Shown here piece after piece: positions 17,716-26,637 of a stretch of 32,000 nucleotides of DNA (its first letter is position 1; each line of letters begins with the position of its first letter). The notes under the pieces were generated by a model. That model was not told where the DNA came from and made no database searches. It saw only the letters and a list, made by a program, of their open reading frames with translations. The translations under genes and the position numbers were made by a program. The DNA is from Candidatus Heimdallarchaeota archaeon B3_Heim (GTDB taxonomy: Archaea; Asgardarchaeota; Heimdallarchaeia; Hodarchaeales; Hodarchaeaceae), in assembly GCA_003144275.1 (NCBI GenBank), contig NJBF01000017.1, positions 46,357-78,356 on the forward strand, written 5' to 3'.

Positions 17716-18762
17716 TCAGGTTGGGATATCCTCGTAACTAATTTCAAAGAGATTATCTGAAACAATGGTAAATTTCCTCACTTGTGGTAAATATAATTGC
17801 ATTTCCTGATTGGTCATTACAGGAAATTTGTAGTGTTTATTCACGTATTTCAATTCTCCAACTGTTTTCTCTCTATTCTCAATAAATCTGAGATGGGTGG
17901 TAATTCTTTCCTTGATTCGTTTTTTGGACAAGTCAACAGCTAATTTTAGCTTGTTAACAATCGTCTCCTTGAAATTCTCCTCAATTTCTATCCCGATACT
18001 ATTTCTCCCACTTGCCATTGCTGCCGTCATAGTGGTTCCAGTACCAAGGAATGGGTCTAGAATGGTATCCCCATATACTGAGAACATATTAATCAGTCTG
18101 TAAGCCAATTCGAAAGGAAAAGCTGCACTCCGTTCTCGGGTAGTTGTGTTCTTTAATACCTGGCTTACACCTTTTAAATCCCAAGTATCTGAAAACCATT
18201 TATTTCGTTCTTCCCAAAAAAACGCACTGTTTCGACGATTCTGCTTTTCTTTTTCGGTTTTAAACTCGCGTTTTCCGCCCTTCCTAAATATTAGTACGTA
18301 CTCATGTTCTAATGTCACATAAGCCCCAGGTGGGAGCATTCCTGACCCCATGAATTTATTAGGTGCATTGGTAGGTTTTTTCCATAAAATACAAGGTAGT
18401 ACGTTTAACCCGAGTTTTGTACAATGTTCAATTATTCTCGCATGATTTGAATACAATCGAAAATCTTTACCAATTGTCCTAACAGCATCACCAATATTGA
18501 TACATGCAATTCCTCCTGGAAGTAAGACACGATAGACTTCATCCCATATCTTATCTAATTCTTTATGCATTAATTCAAATGCCAACATTCCATCATTGTT
18601 GATCAATGCTGATTCAATCGCAGGATTAAGTTTAACAAATAAAGAATCCCATAGTTCAATGATAGGATATACACACGATGTTACGACCAGAGCAATGCTT
18701 TCTTCTTCCACCTCATCCATTTTTTGAGCATTACCAATAATCAATTCGTGGGTTGTACGCAT
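17716..18762 (-). CDS. Orphan beta-class N4/N6 DNA methyltransferase with an atypical catalytic motif (SCVY)
   Basis: Motif IV region VVTSCVYP (family SPPY), NIGDA, LWKKP, EHEYVLIF, AAFP.EL, motif I LDPFLGTGTT. No restriction endonuclease gene adjacent. Confidence 0.8.
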   Translation of the reverse strand: MRTTHELIIGNAQKMDEVEEESIALVVTSCVYPIIELWDSLFVKLNPAIESALINNDGMLAFELMHKELDKIWDEVYRVLLPGGIACINIGDAVRTIGKDFRLYSNHARIIEHCTKLGLNVLPCILWKKPTNAPNKFMGSGMLPPGAYVTLEHEYVLIFRKGGKREFKTEKEKQNRRNSAFFWEERNKWFSDTWDLKGVSQVLKNTTTRERSAAFPFELAYRLINMFSVYGDTILDPFLGTGTTMTAAMASGRNSIGIEIEENFKETIVNKLKLAVDLSKKRIKERITTHLRFIENREKTVGELKYVNKHYKFPVMTNQEMQLYLPQVRKFTIVSDNLFEISYEDIPT

Positions 18763-18839
18763 GAGAATTTATCTTCTCCGATCATTGACTATTTTTAACA
18801 TACTAGTTTAATAAGATTGAATGATAAAACTGCTTTTCA

Positions 18840-19172
18840 TCAAGTAACACTGGGATTTATTGTAATCAATACTTGTTTTAACAGTCCAGAATAACCTACA
18901 AGAGCCGTTCTCCCATTATCTGTAATAAAAACGAGAGTACGAGGACGTAGGTCAACAAAGCCCTTTTCTTTAGAAATAAAGCCTTCATCTTCTAGTTTAG
19001 CAAGATGTGTATTTAAATTTCCTGAAGTTACCCCTAATGCTTTCTGGATGGTAGAAAAAGCTAGGACGGGATTCAGGTGAAGCAACATTAGTACTCCTAA
19101 TCGTACTGGTTCATGTACTGGAGAAGAAAGATCCTCAAGCAAAGATTCTAAGGAAGGAGGACTATGATTCAT
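18840..19172 (-). CDS. Winged-helix transcriptional regulator (MarR/ArsR-like, HTH_34 type)
   Basis: PVRLGVL..L, FSTIQKALGVTSGNLNTHLAKLEDEGFI, RPRTLVFITDNG. Confidence 0.85.
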   Translation of the reverse strand: MNHSPPSLESLLEDLSSPVHEPVRLGVLMLLHLNPVLAFSTIQKALGVTSGNLNTHLAKLEDEGFISKEKGFVDLRPRTLVFITDNGRTALVGYSGLLKQVLITINPSVT

Positions 19173-19184
19173 ACAATCACCAAT

Positions 19185-19871
19185 TCAGTTTTTTGAGGGA
19201 AGTCGACCAACGGTATAATAGCTTATAATGCCTGAAAACGAAAGTATAACTCCTAAAATGCTACAAAATAATAATTGCGCAAGTTCAACAGAGACTATTA
19301 TTGCTACGAGAAGGCCCAAAATTAGAGCGATCACTCCGATTACTATTAATCCAGTTCTTACTTTAGAATTATTAGTTTCGAGGAAAAGTAACCGGCTGGA
19401 TACAATGAATCCAACACATACAAGTGTACCCCATACTATAGGTATTAGTTTCGAATTTGTTACCCCCATAAGCACTATAATAACATGAGCCAAAAGGAAT
19501 AGGAAAAACGCTAGGATACCAATACGTTTATAGGCTTTATTCCAATTTATTATGCCTGTTGATCCAGTAGAGAAAGTCATTGCAGATAAAATCGGAACTA
19601 GATATACCAACCAAACAGATAGAAACAAAATTGGTTCTTTGTCAGGGGCCAAATTAGGATCTCCCGTCGCTCCAAAAATGAAAAAAGTTGGATCAACTCC
19701 TACAAATCGATTAAAAATATAAGAAATCCATCCACCAATGATTGCGACAAATCCTGCAATAGTTAGAATTAATAAAAATCTATTAAATTCAGCTTTATGT
19801 TGATATTTCTCCACTCTTTCCAAGATATCGATATGAGGTTGTAATCTCTCTATAGATGACATATTGACCAC
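19185..19871 (-). CDS. Multi-pass (about 6 TM) membrane protein co-transcribed with the wHTH regulator
   Basis: Six hydrophobic segments and a 12-nt gap to the wHTH gene. The true start may be the ATG at 19862. Confidence 0.6.
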   Translation of the reverse strand: MVNMSSIERLQPHIDILERVEKYQHKAEFNRFLLILTIAGFVAIIGGWISYIFNRFVGVDPTFFIFGATGDPNLAPDKEPILFLSVWLVYLVPILSAMTFSTGSTGIINWNKAYKRIGILAFFLFLLAHVIIVLMGVTNSKLIPIVWGTLVCVGFIVSSRLLFLETNNSKVRTGLIVIGVIALILGLLVAIIVSVELAQLLFCSILGVILSFSGIISYYTVGRLPSKN

Positions 19872-20095
19872 TCCAAAGGTGTAAAACTTTTTATTAACTC
19901 TCTTTAATGGCTCAATGAGCTATTCGAAGCTTTTAGAACTATTTTCTCAAACCAGCCTCAGTGTCTATTAGAATGAACTATCAACAATATAATATTTTTG
20001 AAAGAACTCAGATATTTACTTTTCCTGAATTATCTAATATTGACATTAAATGAAGAGGTTAATGTTTTTCTTTAATTCGTACAATATAGATTCAT

Positions 20096-21007
20096 TTATT
20101 CAGAACCGTCTTTTATAAGTTCTTGTAGACTTTCCTCCGCAACAAATGGCTCAAGGTGAACAATCATTGAAGCATTAAGTTCCGTCTTTAAGCGAAAAGT
20201 AACTTTTTCAGATATGTTATGTCCCTCAAGGACTGTAAGAGAGGGTTCAACTAATATATGCAAGTCACCCATAATTCCACCTTGAATTGTACGAGCTCGA
20301 ATTAAATGAACTTCTTTTACTCCTGGCTCCTCCATCGCAAGTGAATGAAGTTGAATTAATACCTCTTCAGGAGGGGCTTTATCTACGAGAATGTTCCAAC
20401 CTTCAAAGAAAATTGTTAATCCAGTGTAACCTATTAAGACACATATAACAATTGCCATAACTGAATCCAGTATCCCAATCTGAAAGTAAGCAAAAATCAT
20501 ACTCACTCCCACTAAAACTGAGGAAAACACATCTGTTCGAAAATTTTTCGCATTTGCAATCAAAGCGGGAGAGTGAACTTGGTTTCCGACTCTTAAAATG
20601 GCGTAGGAAATGAGAATTTTTAATCCAACACTGAATATCGCTACGATTAAACCTGAAATATTGAAGATAAACTCCTGTTGGCTTAAAAATTGGTTGATTG
20701 CTATGAATAAGATCTGTATACTGGAGTAAGTAATCAGTACAAAGATTCCTAGAGAAAAGAAAATCTCCATTTTTTCGTGACCATACGGATGTGAGGTATC
20801 AGGTGGTCTATTAGCTACCCTAACTCCTATATATGCAAAAATGGAGGTAATTATATCTAGAAATGAATCAATCCCGTCTGCTAATAATGCAGTACTGCCG
20901 ATTACAATACCTATTATCAACTTGAGGACAGCTAATACAATATTCACTGAAACGGCGAGTACTGTGGCAAAACGAATTAGCTGTTGATCGGAGTAATTAG
21001 CTAGCAA
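20096..21007 (-). CDS. Cation diffusion facilitator (FieF-like) metal exporter
   Basis: SxALLADGIDSFLD, PPDTSHPYGHEKME, ANAKNFRTD, and C-terminal domain DLHILV..GHNISE..VHLEP. Confidence 0.9.
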   Translation of the reverse strand: MLANYSDQQLIRFATVLAVSVNIVLAVLKLIIGIVIGSTALLADGIDSFLDIITSIFAYIGVRVANRPPDTSHPYGHEKMEIFFSLGIFVLITYSSIQILFIAINQFLSQQEFIFNISGLIVAIFSVGLKILISYAILRVGNQVHSPALIANAKNFRTDVFSSVLVGVSMIFAYFQIGILDSVMAIVICVLIGYTGLTIFFEGWNILVDKAPPEEVLIQLHSLAMEEPGVKEVHLIRARTIQGGIMGDLHILVEPSLTVLEGHNISEKVTFRLKTELNASMIVHLEPFVAEESLQELIKDGSE

Positions 21008-21252
21008 CGATATACCAACAAATAAAGAAAAATTATTATCCTTTATGTGATTCGTGTTATACTTCCATAAGTATAATAATCAAGTGAATAAGTAGAATTT
21101 AATCTTCTTGACTTGTTTCAGCCAAAGACTAAAATAAACGTTTCTTATTCGTTACTCGTGGATCTTAGGAGTAGATTATCATAAGTTCAAATGATTTTTA
21201 TGAATCTTTTGTCACATCGGCTCTTTTTTACACCAAAAAGAACTCACCAAAG

Positions 21253-22575
21253 ATGCAATTACTCTTATTAGATGTTCCTTCAGCACCACCTTCTCCTGTA
21301 AGCGCTGAAGGTTCCGTCCGTCAATTGAATTTGCTTAATGGTCCATCTCCAAACATAACTAGCTCAATTTCTGATGGTAAAACTGCACAACTACTATCTA
21401 CGGACAATGAATTACTAAAAATTCCTAAAATCAATTTTAAACCATTAACCTTACCACATTTTTATCCTGAAGTTCCCTCTCATAAATTAATTGAATCTCC
21501 ACCTAAGAAGAAAGCAAGAAAACAAAAATCACAAACGAAACAACTTCTACTGGAAGCTTTGACGAGCAGTAAAAAGCAATTAGAAAAGCAACGAAAGGGA
21601 AATCAGAAGAATCTGACTAAAAAACGTCAAAAAACAACTCGAATGTCAAGAAAACAAAGACGAGAAATCGAAATGGATCGGACGATCGAATTAACAAAAT
21701 TTATCCCCCTAAAAAGTAAGAATGTAGTTGGAGATAATCAAAAATCATTTGATATTAATAGAGAAAAACAAGAAATTCATACATCTGAGATGAAACCCAC
21801 AATACGATCAAAAATACCGCTTCTCACTGATTCAGATCCTTTTCCTTTCACTAATCTCTCTGAATGGCTTATTTGGCATAGTAATTTTCCAGAATTGGCC
21901 CTTGTACGCGAAGCTCATGACTTAGATGCAGTTCCACAAGATTCCGATGAAGTGTACTGGATAAATGTCATGAATGAGCCAGAATTTTTCAATTCAAATT
22001 GGAAAATGGCAGGTTCGATAATACAAGACATTAATTTGGCAAGAAGACAAGGACCCCCCACGGGTACACCAGATTTTGATCTGGACTTTTCTTTAACAGA
22101 GGGGTTTTCCACTCTATTTACGGATATTTATCTGATTTTAACAAAAATGCCAAACGGATTGAAAAATTATCGTTATCCAGTGTTACAATTAGCGTTGAAA
22201 GGATTACTGCTACTAGACCTTGTGTATTTAGATCAAAACATCTGGTTTGCTAAAGAATCAGAGGAAGAATTGGAATTAAGAGTAAGAAGACTAGATGAGT
22301 TTATAGAACAACAAATATCGGAGCAGGATTACGAAGAAAATGTTAAAATGTTAATGGCAACCAATGAGTGGCAGAAAGGTATCGTCTGTTTTGACCTTTT
22401 AATAACAAAGTCCATTTATCTATCAACTTTTTCCCAAACTCACTTATCTGAAAATACGAAGATATCCAACTTACTCAAGAATGATCTCCAGCAGAAGATG
22501 CTTTCTATCCTGAACAAAGTTCGATTTATGGATGAACTCAGAGTGAAAGCTTTTTCAGCTCAGTTAACAGGTTAA
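21253..22575 (+). CDS. Hypothetical protein with a low-complexity basic N-terminal half and a helical C-terminal domain
   Basis: 440-aa ORF that fills the gap between the CDF and tyrS genes. No family recognised. Confidence 0.6.
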   Translation: MQLLLLDVPSAPPSPVSAEGSVRQLNLLNGPSPNITSSISDGKTAQLLSTDNELLKIPKINFKPLTLPHFYPEVPSHKLIESPPKKKARKQKSQTKQLLLEALTSSKKQLEKQRKGNQKNLTKKRQKTTRMSRKQRREIEMDRTIELTKFIPLKSKNVVGDNQKSFDINREKQEIHTSEMKPTIRSKIPLLTDSDPFPFTNLSEWLIWHSNFPELALVREAHDLDAVPQDSDEVYWINVMNEPEFFNSNWKMAGSIIQDINLARRQGPPTGTPDFDLDFSLTEGFSTLFTDIYLILTKMPNGLKNYRYPVLQLALKGLLLLDLVYLDQNIWFAKESEEELELRVRRLDEFIEQQISEQDYEENVKMLMATNEWQKGIVCFDLLITKSIYLSTFSQTHLSENTKISNLLKNDLQQKMLSILNKVRFMDELRVKAFSAQLTG

Positions 22576-22588
22576 GTGGATCTACTCT

Positions 22589-23686
22589 TCATCGAGTGAT
22601 TCTAAATCCCATGACCGCATCACGTAATTCACGTAATTTGGAATTACTATCGAAAGCATTTCTTACGGGTTCAATAAGCTCATTCAAATAATAATTAACC
22701 CCATTTTTCAAGTCTGCAGGGTGTAAGTCTTTATTTAGATAAGCTTGTTCCAATTCTTCATAAGAATTAAAATCTAGATCTCCACCGAATTTTTTGGGAC
22801 GTTCAATCTTCATTTTCTCAAAGCTTTCAAAGATAAAATATTTCGTGTAATCAAGGATAGGATTATCTTCCACTCCTTCTGGACAGTAAGACTTGTTGAT
22901 TTTTTTCTTAATTTGGGATTGAGTATCAGTCATAAAAATCGTGGCATCTGGTTTGGATTTGGACATCTTTAAATCCATAACTCGATCCTCTAGACTATCA
23001 TAAGATTCCTTTGGAGTGTTAAGGCCTAATATCATATGATGAGAAATGACAATGGGTTTAGAATCGTATAGCTTTGGGCCCACTTCACGAGCCAACATGT
23101 TAACCTTGCGTTGATCCATTCCAAGTTGGCATACATCAAGGGGATTTCCATTGTCTAAATGAAAAATGTCTGCACATTGCATACAGGGGTATAAAATTTG
23201 AGATGCTTGTAATGCTTCTGATTGACTGCGGCCCATAATTTGAGCAGTCCTTAAAATGCGTTTAAGTGTGGAATTACGTGCAATTTGCATCACTTTCTTC
23301 CAATACTCATCATCTCGGACGAGATCTGAGGCCCAAATGAAATCTACATTCTTAAGATCCATACCAGTTAAACGCCAAACTTCAATCAGATATTCTCCTG
23401 TTGTTTGAATATTTTCAAGATTTCCTCCTAATTTGTTGTTTGCCCATGCATGCCAATCAGCAACCAACATTTTAAACCGACCCCCGGCTTTAATCATTTT
23501 ATTAACGTTGGTAGCACGGAGAATACCTTGTGCAATATGAACCTGACCACTTGGTTCGAATCCATCATAAGCGGTGAAGGTTTTCTTAGTTTTAAGTAAT
23601 TCAGTTAACTCTTCTTCGGTTATAATTTCTTCTCCAACACTTTTTACAAGATTCAGTCTTTGTTGAACATCCATAGTCTTCACCAA
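22589..23686 (-). CDS. tyrS: Tyrosyl-tRNA synthetase, archaeal/eukaryotic type
   Basis: YDGFEPSG, HIGH-like HIAQ, ADWHA, YPCMQCAD, GMDQRK, KMSKS, LHPADLK. Confidence 0.95.
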   Translation of the reverse strand: MVKTMDVQQRLNLVKSVGEEIITEEELTELLKTKKTFTAYDGFEPSGQVHIAQGILRATNVNKMIKAGGRFKMLVADWHAWANNKLGGNLENIQTTGEYLIEVWRLTGMDLKNVDFIWASDLVRDDEYWKKVMQIARNSTLKRILRTAQIMGRSQSEALQASQILYPCMQCADIFHLDNGNPLDVCQLGMDQRKVNMLAREVGPKLYDSKPIVISHHMILGLNTPKESYDSLEDRVMDLKMSKSKPDATIFMTDTQSQIKKKINKSYCPEGVEDNPILDYTKYFIFESFEKMKIERPKKFGGDLDFNSYEELEQAYLNKDLHPADLKNGVNYYLNELIEPVRNAFDSNSKLRELRDAVMGFRITR

Positions 23687-23801
23687 TAAAAGATTTAATT
23701 TTGTTTAATCACAAAAATCTTTTAACTTAACCTAACAAATAAACACTCTAATAGATCGCTTTTCTTACAAAGGGTTTTAGCATTACGATCAAAGGTGAAT
23801 G

Positions 23802-24563
23802 TTAGAGCTTTTGCTGCGTATCTTTCCAACGATTGTTTGACACTTTTTCTCCCCGATTTCTTAATTTTTTTGCTGGAAGACCAATCCACACTTCAGATGA
23901 AGGAATTTTTTGACCCTTTATTACACCTGATTTAGCACCAAGAATAGAATTGTCACCAAATTCAACACCACACGCTACTATGCTATAGGTACCCACCATA
24001 CAATTTTTTCCTATTTTAGTTGGACTAACAACAATGTTAGTGCCTTCATTCGCGTGTCCAGTCACTACGGAATTATATCCGATGAAAGAGTTGTCCCCTA
24101 TCTCAACTAGTCCCGCAGTTTCAATGTATGTGCGAGTAGTGATATACACATTTTTTCCCACTTTTAATCCATATAATCGCATCAATTGAGGAAATAATAT
24201 GATTCCCCACACAAATGGAAGAGCTGTGTAGACTTTTAACATAGATTTGAATATCCCATCTGCAGCTATACGTACAGCGATTAATCTTCCAAGGGAAGAA
24301 TAGCGGGGATAAATTCCTGGCTTAATAATAAAAGGTAGAGTTAATCGTACAACAATTTGCGAATGTATCACCCCAAAGAAGAGTACAGTAACTGAGTAGG
24401 CTAAAAATAGATAAAATGGTGATAAAAGATACTGAATCAGTCCTAAATCTGGAGTTGTCACGAGAAAATAGAGTAACCACCCCTCTGGGAAGAAAGAAAT
24501 AACAAGAACGATACAGGTGAGAGCAAAGTAAATAACAATGCGCAAATCATTCAGTATTGACAT
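23802..24563 (-). CDS. Membrane-anchored hexapeptide-repeat (left-handed beta-helix) acyltransferase-like protein
   Basis: N-terminal TM helices, then GLKVGKNVYI, VEIGDNSFIG, TKIGKNCMVG, VEFGDNSILGA repeats and WIGLPAK. Confidence 0.75.
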   Translation of the reverse strand: MSILNDLRIVIYFALTCIVLVISFFPEGWLLYFLVTTPDLGLIQYLLSPFYLFLAYSVTVLFFGVIHSQIVVRLTLPFIIKPGIYPRYSSLGRLIAVRIAADGIFKSMLKVYTALPFVWGIILFPQLMRLYGLKVGKNVYITTRTYIETAGLVEIGDNSFIGYNSVVTGHANEGTNIVVSPTKIGKNCMVGTYSIVACGVEFGDNSILGAKSGVIKGQKIPSSEVWIGLPAKKLRNRGEKVSNNRWKDTQQKL

Positions 24564-24663
24564 ATTTATATTCTTTTGAGTCTCAATTATAATTCTTGAG
24601 ATACTTCACCAAACATTTAATTTTTAAGCGAAATCATATCTAGGGAATTCAACTCCTCTATTT

Positions 24664-26160
24664 GTGATTGTCATGAAGAAACTGCAGATGTTTATTCTGG
24701 AATTATTGTTAATACTCAGTTTTGTTTCAATCATCTCAGCAAATGCCTTCAACAGTTATATTATTAGTTCAATCCAGTTTCAAACAATTGAATTCTCTGG
24801 AGCAAGTACTTTACCCGAAGAAATAGAACTATTATACCCATCAGGGTACCATAATTTGTCTCAAGTATATGAAGAGTTAGACATGTTCAATAAATCCGCA
24901 GTTAACTTAATAAATTATTCTGATATAGGATATTCATATTATAGTAACCCTATACCTCTAATCACACTTACAAATGAAAAAATTCCCGAGTACACTAAAG
25001 GAGAAACATTTATTGTTGCACATCACCATGCTCGAGAGTTTTGTACTATTGAACACGTTCTTAGGATGATAAGAGATCTACTTAATGAATATGGTACTGA
25101 TGAAACCACAACGTTTCTTTTGGATCATTTTATCATATATATCATTGTCACATTGAATCCAGACGCATTAAATATTGCCCTTTATGAAAATGAATGGCAA
25201 AGGAAAGCAGCTCGCCCCATTGATGAAGATGGAGACGGTCTGTACGATGAAGATCCACCAGAAGATATTGATGGCGATGGACGAATTAGAGAATTTGCTA
25301 TAGCACGCAAAGGAGTATGGGAATGGTCCACGTTCTTTGAAGGAATTGATAACGATAACGATTCTCTAGTAAATGAAGATCGTATTGGGGGAGTTGATCT
25401 CAACCGCAATTACCCATTTCATTGGAATGATAACTCCACTGACAGTGGTTGGGGAGATGATGCGTCATCTTTTTCATTTCCTGGATCTAATCCACTTTCA
25501 GAACCTGAATCACTAGCACTAACAAAATTTGTTGTCAAACATAACTTTACTCAGTCACTCAGCCTTCATTCAGGAACCAATACCTCCTTGTTAGGGTGGT
25601 CTTATACTAATACATCCCAGGCAGAGGCTTCAATGTATACTAATATTATGTACTATTTAGAGCTCGGAAATTTGCTTCCAGAGAGCTTTTTCGCGGCTGA
25701 GAATGAGCTAGACTATACCACTGCAGGAGAATGGGGAGATTGGATGTATACCACTCAACAATCGATTCCCATGACATTAGAAATTTATCATATGACTGGA
25801 AGTGAATTATGGTATTATTATGAAGAAAATTCAACTCATGAAACTTGGACAAGAAATACGCTGTGGGAGTATTTTAATCCACCAGCAGAGAAGCTGGATT
25901 CTCTCCATAATGATCTAATGCCTTTTGAAAAATATTGGATTGGTTTAACACCCTCAATTGAATTTCTAGGATTCTCAAACCAAAGTATATCGAAGGATGA
26001 GTATGAGATTGCTGTTAAGGTTACTACTGGGTCTCAGTTTTTCAATACCACTGATAATCCTCGAGTATTCGTATCACCCTCACACTCCGGTATCATCAGG
26101 GATATTCCTTCGACAATTCCCACGCTTCTTCGTAATTCGGAAACTAGGGTAAGAATATAA
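24664..26160 (+). CDS. Secreted M14 zinc carboxypeptidase with EF-hand-like DxDGDG inserts, C-terminally truncated by an in-frame TAA
   Basis: Signal peptide, HHARE (HxxE), LNPD, WQRK, GVDLNRNY, SEPE, SLHS, MTLE, plus inserts DEDGDGLYDED and DIDGDG. Confidence 0.85.
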   Translation: MIVMKKLQMFILELLLILSFVSIISANAFNSYIISSIQFQTIEFSGASTLPEEIELLYPSGYHNLSQVYEELDMFNKSAVNLINYSDIGYSYYSNPIPLITLTNEKIPEYTKGETFIVAHHHAREFCTIEHVLRMIRDLLNEYGTDETTTFLLDHFIIYIIVTLNPDALNIALYENEWQRKAARPIDEDGDGLYDEDPPEDIDGDGRIREFAIARKGVWEWSTFFEGIDNDNDSLVNEDRIGGVDLNRNYPFHWNDNSTDSGWGDDASSFSFPGSNPLSEPESLALTKFVVKHNFTQSLSLHSGTNTSLLGWSYTNTSQAEASMYTNIMYYLELGNLLPESFFAAENELDYTTAGEWGDWMYTTQQSIPMTLEIYHMTGSELWYYYEENSTHETWTRNTLWEYFNPPAEKLDSLHNDLMPFEKYWIGLTPSIEFLGFSNQSISKDEYEIAVKVTTGSQFFNTTDNPRVFVSPSHSGIIRDIPSTIPTLLRNSETRVRI

Positions 26161-26358
26161 TTTGATAAAGAAATTCCTGAAGAATACTTTATGGATCTTA
26201 ACATTACTTCTGAGTGGGCAAGTGATCTTTATTTGCGAATATTTGTGAGTTCATCACAAACAAAGAGTACTAGTGGAACGAATCACATTTTAATATTAAC
26301 TGGAATCTTAACTATTACATTAAATACAAAAATTAATCGGAAAAGACGGAAGAATTAG
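26161..26358 (+). pseudogene. In-frame 65-aa continuation of the M14 gene after the TAA (linker, hydrophobic segment, basic tail)
   Basis: FDKEIPEEYFMDLNITSEWASDLYLRIFVSSSQTKSTSGTNHILILTGILTITLNTKINRKRRKN*, in the same frame as 24664-26160. Confidence 0.7.
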
Positions 26359-26412
26359 TTGTCATCGCTTGATTTTACCTAGTAGATAGAAGATATACTT
26401 TTTCTGCAACAT

Positions 26413-26622
26413 CCGAGTTTGCTAGTAACGATCAGTGAATCTTTTCTGCCTCACCCAAACATGCCATTAATGAAATTAAGAAATTTGAAAGCCCTCCAAC
26501 CTAGAATAGTACCAATGCATTGGCTATGATGAGCACCGAAAGGATTTTGTAAGAAAATATTAGAGACGTTTCCTAACACAAAGTGTATAATTCCAAAAAA
26601 GGGAAAAACAATATCTTATTAA
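26413..26622 (+). pseudogene. Possible decayed C-terminus of a metallo-beta-lactamase-fold hydrolase
   Basis: Joining frames gives FSASPKHAINEIKKFESPP/RIVPMHWL**APKGFCKKILETFPNTKCIIPKKGKTISY*, which resembles the xPxxAxxxxxxLxPxxVxPMHW..IPxxG end of MBL-fold hydrolases. Confidence 0.4.
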
Positions 26623-26637
26623 TTCGGTGGAAATAAA

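Noticed and set aside
17716-19871. Possible restriction-modification or defence island around the DNA MTase
   Set aside because: No endonuclease, specificity subunit or other defence gene is adjacent. The neighbours are rbcL, a wHTH regulator and a membrane protein.
23553-23563. GGTTCGAATCC, resembling a tRNA T-arm
   Set aside because: It is the reverse complement of the GFEP codons of tyrS, and no cloverleaf can be built around it.
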